DNA from: Nitrospirales bacterium
GTDB taxonomy: Bacteria; Nitrospirota; Nitrospiria; Nitrospirales; UBA8639
Length of the DNA: 64,000 bases
Direction of reading: 5' to 3'
Assembly (NCBI GenBank): GCA_965203295.1
Contig: CBDBCZ010000018.1
Location: 896,001 to 960,000, forward strand
The position numbers and the translations under genes were made by a program. Under the pieces are notes generated by a model that was given only the letters and a program-made list of their open reading frames with translations, had not been told where the DNA came from and searched no databases. Shown in pieces: positions 1-14,777 of the stretch (position 1 is its first letter; each line of letters begins with the position of its first letter).

Positions 1-1902
<1,902 letters not shown>

Positions 1903-2990
1903 TCGACGATTCTGCTGAAGCCCCCGTCTCTCTCCTGAACCGGTTACCATCGTATCTGCCGATGAAGTTGACTACAAAGCCTACAAAGCCTAACTAACTG
2001 TGTAGCAGTGTAGGTAGCCGTAGCTAATCGTCTTAATCGGTTGTATATTTTGCCGTGTATATCCGTTCTATTACTAAGTAGACCGACTTTCGGCACAGTT
2101 ACATCACTATTAGTAATCACTGTACTCAATTTTATGGCTAATAAAGGAAGGGGTTGCCCCTCCTGGCCGATAAATGAACTTGCCGTTTGTAAGGCCACTT
2201 TAATGGCCCGTGGCGTAGCGGAAGTGTTACGTAAGGGCCAATAAAGTGGCCCGTGGCGCGCAATGGGACGTAAACCAGTCCAGTCCAGTCCAGACCAGTT
2301 GAGACCAGTGGGTTATTCTCCATGTACTGTTCCTGGGATTACATCATTGGTTGCCGAAAAGGCTTGTAACACGGATGACAGTCGCTTAAGACGGCTTGCT
2401 GGCTTTCCTTAGTCACCTACAGAAACAGGACAGGCTATCCCGTATCAACCAAAACGATGCCTACTCTATCGTCCCCATGCATCCTCCTTGCTGTTTTATA
2501 TCTCCCGGTAAATTAAATTCAGCTCACTCTCTAACCATCATATAGACCATTACTATCCTCTTCAGTCCCACTGTCTCTGCTTTAACTCAGCGCCAAAAAA
2601 ATGTCGGGAAAAATCCCTTATTATACGATTGCATCGTCCAAGCTTCTATTGGAATTTCGAAATTTCGACTTTGGTAGACGGAATGCGTTCTTTATGGCAT
2701 ACTGCAGAACAAGTATGGGACTCAACTTAGAGGCGGAGGTACCAATAACTGTATTCTCATTCCAGCACATATCACACTGCTGGACCTCTACCCAACCGAA
2801 CCATACTAGCTATATCAACTCATACCATCTAATGCTAATACCAAACATCAAAGCCCCATTCCTTTTCTTCCCTGTCACTGAAAAAAAATAACAGAAACAA
2901 GTCTCAAAAAACATTTTAAAAAATTAAAAACATGTACGGATGGCACAGTATGAACCTATTAAAAAAAAGCTAACTAAAAAACAAAAAAAA

Positions 2991-3571
2991 TAGAAGTCTC
3001 TAGCAGAGACATACCCCGCGGTGCATAATTTACAACTTGGACCTGGCTGGACTGCAGACTGGGCTGATGGAGTAGTTGGCAAAGTGTAGATGTATATCAC
3101 TGGCTGTGTATCCGCACGCAGAGTGTACAGCGCTCGTGTATGCGTATATATCTGTATATCCTATGGGAAATGGTGGGCGTGACTGATTGCCAATATGAAC
3201 ACGTGACCAGAGACGGTATATGCCCGGCCTCTATCGTATTCTAGTTGTGACCGTATTAAAATGGCAGAATGCACCGTAGTTAAATAAGAAAGAGCTGTAG
3301 ATACAGCGAATGGAACCGCTTTGGCGACTATCAGGTACACACCCGGACATTTTTTATTGGATTTCAATGTTACTGTCGTGTTTAGCAACCGCTTAGCTAA
3401 CCCTGTAAATCGTGAGATAGCCCGATTTTTGAGTGGACAGACACCGGACAGACGGACGGACGGACGGACGGACGGACGGACGGACGGACGGACGGACGGA
3501 CGGACGGACGGACGGACGGACAGACAGAACCAATTGCTTAACCCCGCCGCCGCCTACGCGCCGCGGGGTAA
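2991..3571 (-). mobile_element. Non-autonomous Helentron-like element (HINE/DINE-1 type), copy 1
   Basis: On the minus strand it starts TTACCCCGCGG, carries a (GTCC)n microsatellite (~3451-3520), has the subterminal inverted repeat CCGCGGGGTA and a 3' hairpin GTCTCT-GCT-AGAGAC. It is nearly identical to 40336-40858. Confidence 0.75.
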
Positions 3572-3910
3572 CTAACATAAAAATATTACAAAAACATTTA
3601 AACAACACATTTGCATAACAGAATATTGCCCTCAAAAACTTTTTGAAAGGCCTCCAAAAATTGTACGAATTCAAACAAAGCAATGTTGACAGATACTCGG
3701 CCTAAACCCACTTCCACAGTTATATACCACCACATGCAGCAAACCACTTATGGGTTTCATACAATTTCCGTTTATCACCCCACCCACCTATGTTTTACAA
3801 ACGTGCTTAATTAGATTGACATCTGAAAGTAGTAATCAGACTCAGACTCTATCCTGCGACCCCACTCAACGGAGTCAATGCACGATCAGGCTGGCTCACG
3901 CCTACATATA

Positions 3911-4860
3911 AGTTACAGAAAAAGCACTTAGCCAAAAAGCGCCAAAAAAGTGAAGTAGGGATGCACTTCCACCAAAAACCACTTCCTCAAAAACCAACGA
4001 AACAAGTGACTATGCACATCACAGTGCATGCACACACTACCCACACATCACAGCACAATGCGTTATTATACCACGTACATGTACCTACCATCCCTACATC
4101 TTTCCAACCACACCCACCACAATGTGTATCACACCCCATACTCAACTGCATACTTCCTTCAATACACAACCATCCACAATCATCACCATAAAGCAGGACA
4201 CCTCGTTTTCAGTACTCTTACATCCTTATTCACAATCATACTTCACAAGACACAACACCCCACTCTACAACCAACCCATACCTTCACAAGTTCAGCAACA
4301 CTACTTCCACCAAAATGCACTTGGCTACACAAATCCACAAGCACAAACCAAGCACACCTATTCCTCCCAGCACCACACTGCCACTAACTAGTGTCCAGAA
4401 CAAACACAAACTACATCAACCACCATACAAAACACACTCAATAAAGTTGACAACACTCAAACTACTCAGTTCTATATTATAATTCATACGCACGCATGCA
4501 TACCGTACACAGACAATGTCTCCATTGAGCACACTAGTGTGGGGCTCGCTCACGGTAGCCCAACTAGTCTAACGTGTACACCATCAACCCTTTCAGCTAT
4601 ATGCCTTCCACGTCCTATGTATACACACTCATAAGCAATACACACACACACCAAGTTAAACTACCACTATTCTCATCTCACATATACCCGATTGTGGTGG
4701 ATGTGGTTGGACAGATGTAGGAACTGTAGGTAAGCTGTAAGTGCATTGTGCTGTGATGTGTGGGTAGTCTATGTATGCATTATGGTGTGAACTGTCCTTG
4801 TTTAATGGTTTTGGGGACTATACATAGAAACCACCTAAAACTCGTGATGTGTACACAGAG
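3911..4860. repeat. CA-rich interspersed repeat with an inverted arm, related to 9166-10126
   Basis: 3911-4690 is a diverged reverse complement of ~9370-10129. 4690-4860 is a partial inverted copy of its own start. Confidence 0.65.
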
Positions 4861-4869
4861 CCTATATAT

Positions 4870-5730
4870 ATACATGTTATCAGCCTCGGTTGTGAGTAAA
4901 CAGCTGCTAATACAGCAGTTGTATGGCCATAGTATGGAGGAAACAAGACCACAGTATGGAGGAAACAATGTTTAACCCTTTACCAACCATAAGAAACAGC
5001 TTAAATAAGCAGAAAAGACTGTACAAAGTATTAACGCCTAGTATTAAACCCCCCATATAAATTCATATGGGCTTATAGGAGCTCATGACGCATATATGCG
5101 TCATTGGTTGGTAAAGAGTTAAGCAAATTATGAATCCTTTGCGAAACAGCTGGAATCTGCCCCCAAAGCATATATAGCTATATGGAGGAAACCTGATGTA
5201 GTAACTGCCCAGAGCAAGGAGGAAACAGATGGGTCTTGTCATCACATGTACAATTCATGTTATCAGTGTCAGTTGTGAGTAAACAGCTGCTAATTTAGCA
5301 GTTGCATGACCATAGTATGGAGGAAACAAGACCACAGTATGGAGGAAACGATGTTTAAGCAAATTATGAATCCTTTGCGAAACAGCTGGAATCTGCCCCC
5401 AAAGCATATATAGCTATATGGAGGAAACCTGATGTAGTAATTGCCCAGAGCAAGGAGGAAACAGATGGGTCTTGTCATCACATTTACAATTCATGTTATC
5501 AGTGTCAGTTGTGAGTAAACAGCTGCTAATACACCAGTATGGAGGAAACAGTGTTTAAGCAAATTTAATTATGATTCCTTTGTGAAACAGCTGGAATCAG
5601 CCCCCAAAGCATATATAGCTATGGAGGAAACCTGATGTTACAGTTGTAACTGCCCAGAGCAACGAGGAAACAGATGGGTCTTCTCATCACATTTGTTTGT
5701 TGATGTGTTTCTAGGAAACAGATGGGTCTC
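4870..5730. repeat. Tandem repeat, ~237-bp unit, ~3.5 copies
   Basis: The blocks catgttatcag...gtgagtaaacagctgctaat...gaggaaacagatgggtct recur at ~4873, ~5256 and ~5492. Confidence 0.85.
4976..5118. mobile_element. 143-bp piggyBac-like MITE with TTAA TSD
   Basis: TTAA|CCCTTTACCAACCA...TGGTTGGTAAAGAG|TTAA. The next tandem unit has a single TTAA (empty site, ~5354). A second copy lies at 14175-14317. Confidence 0.85.
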
Positions 5731-5880
5731 TGCATGGTAAGGCCACTTCAAGAGAACTTAGCTACCTGGGATGTCAGGGCTCATGCGCATATCATCAGCA
5801 TCTCCAATTGTTACAGGTAGCTATATAATAAAAACAAAGCTGAGAAAAAGCGTGTTTACAAGCAGGACATAGCTACTTAA

Positions 5881-6137
5881 GGTAGGAAGAGCCTCACCTG
5901 GAATCCATCCAAGCCAACATCAGAGTACCGCTCAACCACATCAAAGTGCCGATATCGCATACAGTGAAAGAGCCGCTATCCACATCAAAGTGACACACCC
6001 CTCCTGTTGATTCCGGTTGCCGCCATGGGAAAATGCAAACACATCAATGAATCTAATTAGCGCCACGTGAGTGACGTCATCTCATTAATTATTCATGAGG
6101 AGAATCACGCGGATTCGAAAGTGAGGCTCTTCCTACC
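5881..6137. mobile_element. MITE with TTAA TSD and GG termini (Kolobok-like)
   Basis: TTAA|GGTAGGAAGAGCCTCAC...GTGAGGCTCTTCCTACC|TTAA, a perfect 17-bp TIR. A partial second copy lies at ~21592-21810. Confidence 0.8.
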
Positions 6138-7157
6138 TTAAGATTGAACACTCAACCTTCACACTAGCTACATGTCTTTTTCGTGCTAAGAAGTATGGCC
6201 AAACAGGCTACAACGATCGAGCCTCCTGAGGCTCTTCGTGGATCTACTTACCGCTATTACTTCCCATTTATACAGTAGCTATATAACCATCTTTTGCTTA
6301 TTCACCTGTGTTCATATTTTTGCCAAGAATGTGTTACATGAATGCATGGCCCGTTTATTAAATTGTATCACATGCGATTCTGTGACGTCATTTTGAGGCT
6401 AAAAGAACGCTAAGGCTGAAATTGAAACCCTTGTCAATGTAGCAGCATGTAAGAGCGTACGTAGCTATATACAAATATCTAGAAGTGTGCTAAGCTAGCT
6501 GAAAATGTAGCACATGTTTCCCATGTACCAAATGTTCATGCCTGTATTTTATGATGAAGGATTTTAGAGGATTGTTGCAAGCTAGCTACTGCCTAAATAA
6601 GGCCCTCTGTTGACCCCTTAGTCTTTATGAAAAACCTGCACATTAGTAAAAAGATCTGCTTTTATCTGCAATACTTCAAGTGACTTCATGAGCACTGCAC
6701 GTGATGACTATTTATACGCCGAGTCACTTCCGGTATTGTAATATTGGCGTAAAACCCGACAGCCGGCTTGTATAGCCATATACAAAACGATCATTATACA
6801 GCAACATAGAATCATGCTAGCAATTATTTGGTCGCTGGTAGCAAAACCTATTCTTCACCGGACGAATTCAATCATAAAATCTGGAAAGTGGATGTGACTC
6901 ATGATTCATGTGACCTCCAAACTTACCTATTATTCTTTTTTGGGCCAAATTTATACCAGCATAATCCATCAGGGCCTATATAGTTTTGCGGCAATACGTA
7001 TTGCAATACTGTAAGTGACTATTATAAGCGAATAAGTTCAACCTAGTGGTACTGGTGCACTGGTGATGGTGCGTAAGGAATTCGTGACGTTGGGGGGAGG
7101 GTTTGGAGATTACATCACAAATTAGGCAACCGGAAGAGTATGCCGCAGCTCAAGGAG

Positions 7158-7164
7158 TATAAAA
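7158..7164 (+). promoter_or_regulatory. TATA box of the 106-aa gene
   Basis: TATAAAA lies 90 bp upstream of the ATG. A CCGGAAG (ETS-like) motif is at ~7130. Confidence 0.55.
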
Positions 7165-7247
7165 TAGAGCGTCACGTACGGACACTTAGTATTTCAAGAC
7201 GACGCGACATTGAAGCACACTCAATATAGCCACTTAAAACCACGAAG

Positions 7248-7568
7248 ATGGAACAATTGATTGCGGCTGTACAATCCGACCCACACCCTCAACCAGGACA
7301 AGAGCATCGTTCAAGTGGAAACTTCTCAACTGACAATGCCGCTTCTTCCGCTACCAGCTTCGTTTTCAAGGTCGACAAGAGCAATCCGAAGTGGAACTCC
7401 ATCCACTTTGATGTCATGCAGGACGTAAGCGGAGGAACTGATCCAGTAATCTATACGAATGTTTTTGATGGAAACAGGGAGACTGTTGTGCGTGAACGCA
7501 GCCTATACATTGCTAATCCCGAGGGCGCAGATGCTGACTTCACTGTGGAAGTTTACCAGGTGAGGTGA
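7248..7568 (+). CDS. Intronless 106-aa protein of unknown function, probably beta-rich
   Basis: Clean ORF with natural protein composition, good Kozak context (aagATGG), an upstream TATA box and AATAAA at 7590-7595. It lies in non-repetitive sequence. Confidence 0.75.
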   Translation: MEQLIAAVQSDPHPQPGQEHRSSGNFSTDNAASSATSFVFKVDKSNPKWNSIHFDVMQDVSGGTDPVIYTNVFDGNRETVVRERSLYIANPEGADADFTVEVYQVR

Positions 7569-8077
7569 AACGTTAAAATATTACTCTGCAATAAAAACTG
7601 TGTTAGTAATTTCATGCCCCCCCCCCCCCAGGTAACGAGTGCCTAATGAGGCTGCTGCTGTATGAGACTGATGCAGAGTCCGCTGCCAAGATTAAGTTAC
7701 TGTAGCATTGAACTATAGCTTTAAATTTGTGAATTTCTTTTTTAGCTATCAATAACTGGCACCTGAGATTTAGAATAGATCTATAGTGTTATCCAAAATA
7801 TTTTGTGCTATTTCTATTATTTTGCTCCGCGCTATATAGTTTATATCTATCCATTGAATTTAAAAACATAGTGATGTGGATAAAAAGTGTTTTTCAAACG
7901 GGTTGCAGGAGTCGGAGGGCTTGCAGTAATTATTTCCCTTTGGTTGAGCAATAGTCTTGAATCAATTTTCCCCTTGTGCTGCAGCTCACCAACTTACTAT
8001 CATGGATATGTGATGTAGCTCCCTATGCTGCGCATGAGGGTAGTTAGACTGAATTGGCTGTCTATAGGCTTTAGCTA

Positions 8078-8899
8078 CCGTATAGCGGGAAATTTTCGCC
8101 TGGGGTAAAATTTCGCCAATTCAGTCGCCCTTTGGTTCAAGTGGTGAAAATTCAACCGGTGAATTTTTTCGCTGATGAAAGCTGTTTCTTCTAAGTGAAT
8201 CATGACTTTACTAAGATGCTTTGAAGTTATGGAACACCACAGCGAGCTCACTAACCTTTGAGCCCATTCGCCGCAATGGTCCGCGAAGCTATAGCTATGC
8301 CGCGTCGAGGACTAGCCTCGCTGCCAGCCCGCGTGCTCGAGACTACAGTACTACAGGACCTCTAACCTTGCTACTGGTGATTGACAAACGAAGACAATGG
8401 CGGCAATCAGAGCGATCTTCAATCTCCATAAACCACATAGGTTCTCTCTTGCGTCTCAGGCCCAACTGCATGCATGCGTCCTCGCTTCGCGAGAATTGCT
8501 GGGTGTGGCACATATATTTTGTGGCACGCCTACCAAGCAGAAAAAGGTCAAACGTAACAGGGCACGCCTACAACCCCAAATAAAAAATGGCTACGTGTAA
8601 TAATGCGCCTGGAAGACCACAGGCTGAAGCAGGCTAGGTGTAATAGTGAGCGCTTCCAAGTCTCTCGTACAAAGTTCTGTAACGAAGGTAAGTGTTTGCT
8701 GCGAGTTTGGTAGGCTATATGTCTGGAGAAGTGGCTGGGAGGGACGTGGATCATGACGACGACGACGACGAAAAAGGTCAATGGAACCGGAGTATAGCTT
8801 CGCTTCGCTCGCGAAAATTAAACTGGCGAATATTTTCCGCAATACTTCGCAACAGCATTTGGCGAAAAATTTCCCTGGCGAAAATTTCCCGCTATATGG
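8078..8899. mobile_element. Non-autonomous Tc1/mariner/pogo-type element with TA TSD
   Basis: TA|CCGTATAGCGGGAAATTTTCGCC...GGCGAAAATTTCCCGCTATATGG|TA, with internal subterminal GGCGAA repeats. Confidence 0.8.
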
Positions 8900-9165
8900 T
8901 ATTTCTATGAAGCAAGTTAGACTGAATTGGCTGTATACTGTTATTCCTATGAGGGAAGTTATTCAAAACGATTGCAGCTGCATAGCCCTAATCCTAACAT
9001 TAAACCTAGGGAAGAATAAGCGGATTGGTGGACACGAATTGGCGGATAGCTTGAATATATGGTTCTGCTTGCATGTATTGCTACTTTTATATGACATTAT
9101 TTAGGTATAGCTACATAATCACAGTTTCATTCTTCTCTTCCACATACAGATCAATCTATATAATA

Positions 9166-10126
9166 TACAGAAAAAGCACTTTGCCAAAAAGTGCGAAAAC
9201 AAGTAATGTAGGGATGGACTTTCACCAAAAAACAGTTCCCCAAAAACCAATGAAACAAGCAACAATGCACATCGCAATGCGTGCACAAACAATCCACACA
9301 TCACAGCGCAATGCGTAGCTACCATCCCTACATCTTTCCAACCACACCCACCACAATCGCGTATATATATATATGTGAGATGTGAATAGTTGTAGTGTAA
9401 TTTGGTGTGTGTGTATTGCTAATGACTGTGTGTGTTGGAGGTTGTGGAGGGTAGCTGAATGTGTTCATGGTGTACATGTTGGACTAGTGAGTCATTGAGG
9501 GTGCATGGAGACATGTTTGTAGAGGGACTTTGGTTGTGTTTGGTTGTTGAGTGTGATGAAGTTTTGTGAGTGTTTGTGTGTGCAGGTTCTTTATAGGGGA
9601 AGTCTATGTGGGTGTGTTTGGTAAGTATAGATCAACTTTGTTGAGTGTGTTGTATATGGTGGTTGATGTTGTGAGAAATTGCTCTGCTTGGTTTGTGCTT
9701 GTGAATGTGGGATTCGTGGAGCGAAGTGAATTTTGATGGAAGTAGCTAGCGTTCCTGTTGAAGGATTGGGTTGGCTGTTACAGTAGTGTGGGGTGCTGTG
9801 TTTTATGATGTAGCTATGTAATGATTGTGGATAAGGATGTAAGGGTGGTATATATATGATAGTGATGATTGTGGATGGTTGTGTGTGTTGAAGGAAGTAT
9901 TGGGTGTGTAGTTCAGTATGGGGGCAAGGTACGGATTGTGGTGGGTGTGGTTGGAAAGATGTAGGGATGGTAGCTACGCATTGCGCTGTGATGTGTGGAT
10001 TGTTTGTGCACGCATTGCGATGTGCATTGTTGCTTGTTTCATTGGTTTTTGGGGAACTGTTTTTTGGTGAAAGTCCATCCCTACATTACTTGTTTTTGCA
10101 CTTTTTGGCAAAGTGCTTTTTCTGTA
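9166..10126. repeat. Foldback structure with ~190-bp near-perfect inverted arms
   Basis: 9166-9358 is the reverse complement of 9934-10126. The spacer is GT-rich. Confidence 0.85.
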
Positions 10127-11648
10127 ACTTGTTTTGGGCGTTTTTTTTTGGGAAGTGGTAACAAATGTGTATGTGTAAATGTGTGCAGTAGATGGTATTG
10201 GAATGGAATGTGTTTGAGGATGTGTGTAGTATGGGTTTCGATTTGTACTCTAGTCAGCATTAGGAAGGCTTTCGCCTGCATGTGCACGGGGGGGAGGTCT
10301 CTTGTCAAGGTCAGCTATGTAACTGGCACGTGAGGCTGCCTATTTCTTGTCAGGGTCAACACTATTCCCGTATTGGAATCTTTTTATCGCTTCACTCATT
10401 ATTGTGCTAGTTTGACTGAATTAAGGATTATCTGATAAGATGAAGATAGACCATTCGGCGGTTTTAACCACTTGATGCTTTGGTACTTCAAAGATGTTCT
10501 TTAGCTGTGCTAACAGCCTGGTTAGTGCATGACGACAACGCTCCAAAATAAGTGGTACATAGGCTTCATATTGCGGTCCTAGACTACACCTACAGCAGAG
10601 TACTATAAACATGTCATTTTAATGGGGAGGCCAGGGCCATCCCTACATATGGAGTAGTACCGTACTCCAGGATGTTGAACTGCAAATTATCACCAAGGAC
10701 AATGATATGTATTGCAGTTTCTAATGTCACAAAGACAAATAGCTGCCTGCCTCCTCCAGTAGAGTAAGTGAGGGGGTGTCCGGACAGTAGGGGTTGTTCG
10801 GACACCAAGGCTTATCTGCCTGTGCTCGTATTTAACAGCAAATTTATTTCGTTCGGTGGGCCTTTCTGTCTGCCCTTGTTATGTATTGTGAGCTACTGTT
10901 TCCTTGTGTATGTCCGGACAATTCCATGCACCCTTTGGACACCCCCTTACTTCAGTAGCTAGCTACCCCACTACTAAAATAATACTATCAGCCATGTGAG
11001 TAAGTGTATTGTAGCTAAATTTTCGGGTGACTTACAAAGTGATGAACCAGGAGATGCAGCTCAGGCCCGGACAGCTGGCACGATCAAAGGTAGGCGTTAA
11101 ATAAACAACACGCGAAAGGGGCGGTTACTAAATTCCGAAACCGAACGGAACAGAACAGTAGTCATTAAATGGCGTAAAACGACAAGCGTCACCTCGAGAG
11201 TACTCGTGAATCACTGCTGAACCTGTTCGGTTTCTTTGAAAACGTTATGCTACGAGTGCAATACCCCGGGGAATATCTAGCTTGTTCGCGCTTGAATCAT
11301 TGTGATAGCTTCTGCCATTATTGTGCTAGCCTGGCTGAAGAAAGAAACAAAGAAGAAGATGTACCATTACGCCCCGCCCCCCGAGTGTAGCGACTTGCCG
11401 GTCTGGTACTCCAGCGAAGCTTTCTAGCACCGCTAACAGCCTTGTTGCTGATGGAAACGCTCGAGATGTCATGGTATGGCTCATAAAAGCCTATGACTAT
11501 AATCAGAGCCGAGTTCTGAGTGTATGATTTTGTACGCGTTCTATAGGGCCGCCATTTTTTTCCCGTGCCATCCCTACATATGGAGTACTACCGTACTCCA
11601 TGATAGAGTACTACCGTACTCCATGATAGAGTACTGAACTCTGATAGA

Positions 11649-12261
11649 TAACTGAGGTTCAAATTCAGTAACAACATGCATGTGTGTTGTGTTCCGGTTT
11701 GATTACTCAACACGCAAATCTGGGTTGTTTCAACAAAAAAAGTGTGTGTTGCTTTCCAATCCTTACTTGAAAAAATGGATCTGATAGTTTTAAACCAGAG
11801 GAGGTTGGAAGCGATCACGTGTGCGCCAATAAGCGCATGATGTCACCTATAGCTAATACCGTTCCATTCAGAAGAATACGGAAAGTATGCAGAGGTCTAC
11901 GGTATCTGGCCTACAGAACGCTTTAATTGTAGCGCTACAACCTTCGAGGGGACGGGTGGGGACGCCGCCTCAAAAACCTTGGCTTGCAGGTATGGAGCTG
12001 TGCTGCAGGAGAATGGGCTTGAATGGTAGTGGTTTTACCGCTCAGATTTTAGCTATTTTGCTTTGAAAACTGCTAAACGTACACAAGGTCACTCATGGAG
12101 CGGCTAATATGGCTCCTTCCTGCCGGAGACGTTATCAGCCAACATAGCTAATTGCATTCCACTATTAGCGAACGTGATCACTTCCAACCTCCTCTGGTTT
12201 TAACCAATAAAAATGAGTCACATGCATGCATATTACATACTATTTATTGGAACCTCAGTTA
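11649..12261. mobile_element. Probable MITE with nested inverted repeats
   Basis: Outer TAACTGAGGTTC/GAACCTCAGTTA, plus an inner ~30-bp inverted pair AAACCAGAGGAGGTTGGAAG(C/T)GATCACGT at ~11792-11820 and ~12172-12200. Confidence 0.6.
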
Positions 12262-12340
12262 CACATCCATCTACACGTGGCAGAGAAGAGTTGTGATTAC
12301 CTAAATATGTCAAATTAGCCATGTATGCATGCATGATTAG

Positions 12341-13946
12341 GACAGACTTTGGAAAGGCCTCTTCCAGCTGCATAGATTGAAAGTTACGGCAGTCGAGTTA
12401 CTTGAAAACCTAATGAAGGAGGTTCCTGAAGGTAGCAAAGAGCTGGTCAGAAAGCTCAGCGAAGATGAGAAACTCATTGCAACTCTTCAGTCAGTAACAG
12501 AAGATTTCTATTTCCATACGTTTTAATTAGTCACACCAGAGCACAATCTTGGCGACCGTTCTTCATGCTTGCATAAAAGTAGCAAGAAGAAGCCCTTGCA
12601 GACACACTTTGCTAGACCACAGGAAGATTAGTCTGCTCATTTCGCAGAATTACAGTACAGAGCCTACAACTTCACAAGAAAATTCCAGAAACAAAGGGAA
12701 GAACTGGAAACAGGTGTGTAATAATCCAATAATATTATACTTTTCATTTTAAACTCACAGTATCCAGATATAATTCTTCCGTATATTTACTTTTTTTCTT
12801 CATGTTCACAAACTAGTGGTTTTCGGTATTATGAAATCTTGGCTAACTACATTAACCTAGAAAATCATACTAATTTTATATCCTCACAGTAACTGCATAA
12901 TTATCAGTATTAATGGGAGTCATGTATTGTTTTGTCTATTTCAGCTACACCTTCCAAAAATGGTGCTACCACAAGGAGGAGAGTCCCAGAGCCTCCTGGA
13001 TGGCGGTTCCGCAGGAAACAGACCAAAACCATTAAGGTCTTTCACAAGCAAGACGACAAGGGAGACGCACGTCAGTCTCATTCCTGTACACCTTCCAAAA
13101 ATGGTGCTACCACAAGCAGGAGAGTCCCAGAGCCTCCTGGATGGCGGTTCCGCAGGAAACAGACCAAAACCATTGAGGTCTTTCACAAGCAAGACGACAA
13201 GGGAGACGCACGTCAGTCTCATTCCTGTACCCGTACCCGAGCTAAGAACTCTACGCAGGATAACTGTAGAACATGTCGAGTAGCACAGACAACACACAGG
13301 AGACCTTATTGTAACTGGGACTACTATGCATGGAGTAGCCTGGTACCTGGCAGAGCTAAATCCGCTCAAAAGGAAGAAGTTGTAAGTGCATTACATTCAC
13401 CGAAAAGCCTGTGGCAACCCAAAGTAGTTGAAGTATCATCTTATTATGTGCAGTGATATTGCATTAATCATTTCAATTACGTAATACGTTGGTATATAGT
13501 CTGCTCTCAACAATAGGCAGTGCACTGTAGCCTCAAGTTTGGTCATGATTACCCATTGCCTGGAAAAGTCAATTAACACAAAATCCATAATGCTTTCCTG
13601 ATTAACTATACTAGTGCATTCGGACAATTTGTTGTTAAAAGTTACTCGAACGGCTGCACAACTAGTGTGGCTGCCAACTGATGAGCCTCAATGCATAGGA
13701 ACGAAGGGTCCCTCTCGGTTGTCTGGTCTGTCAGTGGTAATGTGAGAACCACTCCAAATAGACCAGAGCCACTTCAGAATTATAATATTATTTTATTATT
13801 ATTGAATTCATTTGGATAGGATCAGCTCCAAGAGGAAATTAAAGACAAAAATAATCAACTGCAGTGTTGATCAAAGTAACCTGAAGACAAGCTGCTGGAC
13901 TTTGTACGCTACGTGAAACCAGCCAGAAATGACATTGAAAACCAGG
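12341..13946 (+). pseudogene. Degenerate exon fragments resembling the pre-transmembrane region of an IP3-receptor/RyR-like channel
   Basis: Splice-bounded fragments read LKVTAVELLENLMKEVPEGSKELV, WRFRRKQTKTIEVFHK and DQLQEEIKDK/IINCSVDQSN/EDKLLDFVRYVKPARNDIENQ, with frameshifts and stops. The family assignment is from recalled motif resemblance only. Confidence 0.4.
12946..13229 (+). repeat. 141-bp near-perfect tandem duplication
   Basis: The unit tacaccttccaaaaatggtgctacc...gtctcattcctg occurs twice with about 2 differences. Confidence 0.9.
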
Positions 13947-14174
13947 TTAGAAACTATACTTTTACACCCGATTAGCTAGTTTAATTGTGAAATAAATCAA
14001 TTTCACGAAGTAGCTACCCTATCATGGGGTGCGGTAGTACTCCGTATGTAGGAATGCCACGGGGAAAGAATGGCGGTCCCATGTATAACGCGTACAAAAT
14101 CATACGCTCAAAACTCGGCTCTAATTAATGTCATAGGCTTTTATGAGCCATACCCGGACATCTTGAGTGTTTAA

Positions 14175-14317
14175 CCCTTTACCGACCATAAGAAACAGCT
14201 TAAAGAAGCAGAAAAGCCTGTACAAAGTATTAACGCCTAGTATTAAAACCCCCATATAAATTCATATGGGCTTATGGGAGCTCATGACGCATATATGCGT
14301 CATTGGTTGGTAAAGAG
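14175..14317. mobile_element. piggyBac-like TTAA MITE, copy 2
   Basis: Near-identical to 4976-5118 and flanked by TTAA on both sides. Confidence 0.85.
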
Positions 14318-14777
14318 TTAAATAAGCAACCAGACTGTTATTATGAGACTTAGTGATGGCAGTCAGCCATGTTGTCGACTTGCTCACCCGTGTTTTGGCG
14401 CCTATGCTGCGAGATAGAATGCATGGAGGGAACTGATTGCTATGCTGAATACTACCCGCTTCATATTACCCCATAAATACATGAACCCCATGAATATAAC
14501 AACCCATTGGCTCTAGTAATTTTGAATGGAACGACCGTTCGTTATACTCCCGATTCTACGGTACATCACAGATACAGAATCCATGATACTGCAACTGTAT
14601 TATCCTCTTAGTGATGTAATAGTAGGCTCATACCTAGTCTCGCGCGCCCGCCTCACTTTATTAGGGGAAAGTGAGTCTGGACGGTTACGCCACGTTTCCG
14701 TTCCGGAATGGAATGCATTACGTTCATAAACCACGCCCAAGTCATGAGTGATATCATGTGACAAGCTGTCATGTAAA

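Noticed and set aside
3321..3683. ORFs with RTDG/VRPS repeats
   Set aside because: These are translations of the (GACG)n microsatellite inside a non-autonomous element.
3961..4391. His/Thr-rich ORFs (and Cys/Val-rich ORFs at 9904-10333)
   Set aside because: These are by-products of a CA/GT-biased repeat, and the frames are not conserved between copies.
4870..5730. CRISPR-like periodicity
   Set aside because: Whole ~237-bp units repeat with no unique spacers, there are no cas genes and the context is eukaryotic.
10764..10955. Possible MITE with GGGGGTGTCC/GGACACCCCC ends
   Set aside because: The TIR is short and degenerate, with no TSD or second copy to confirm it.
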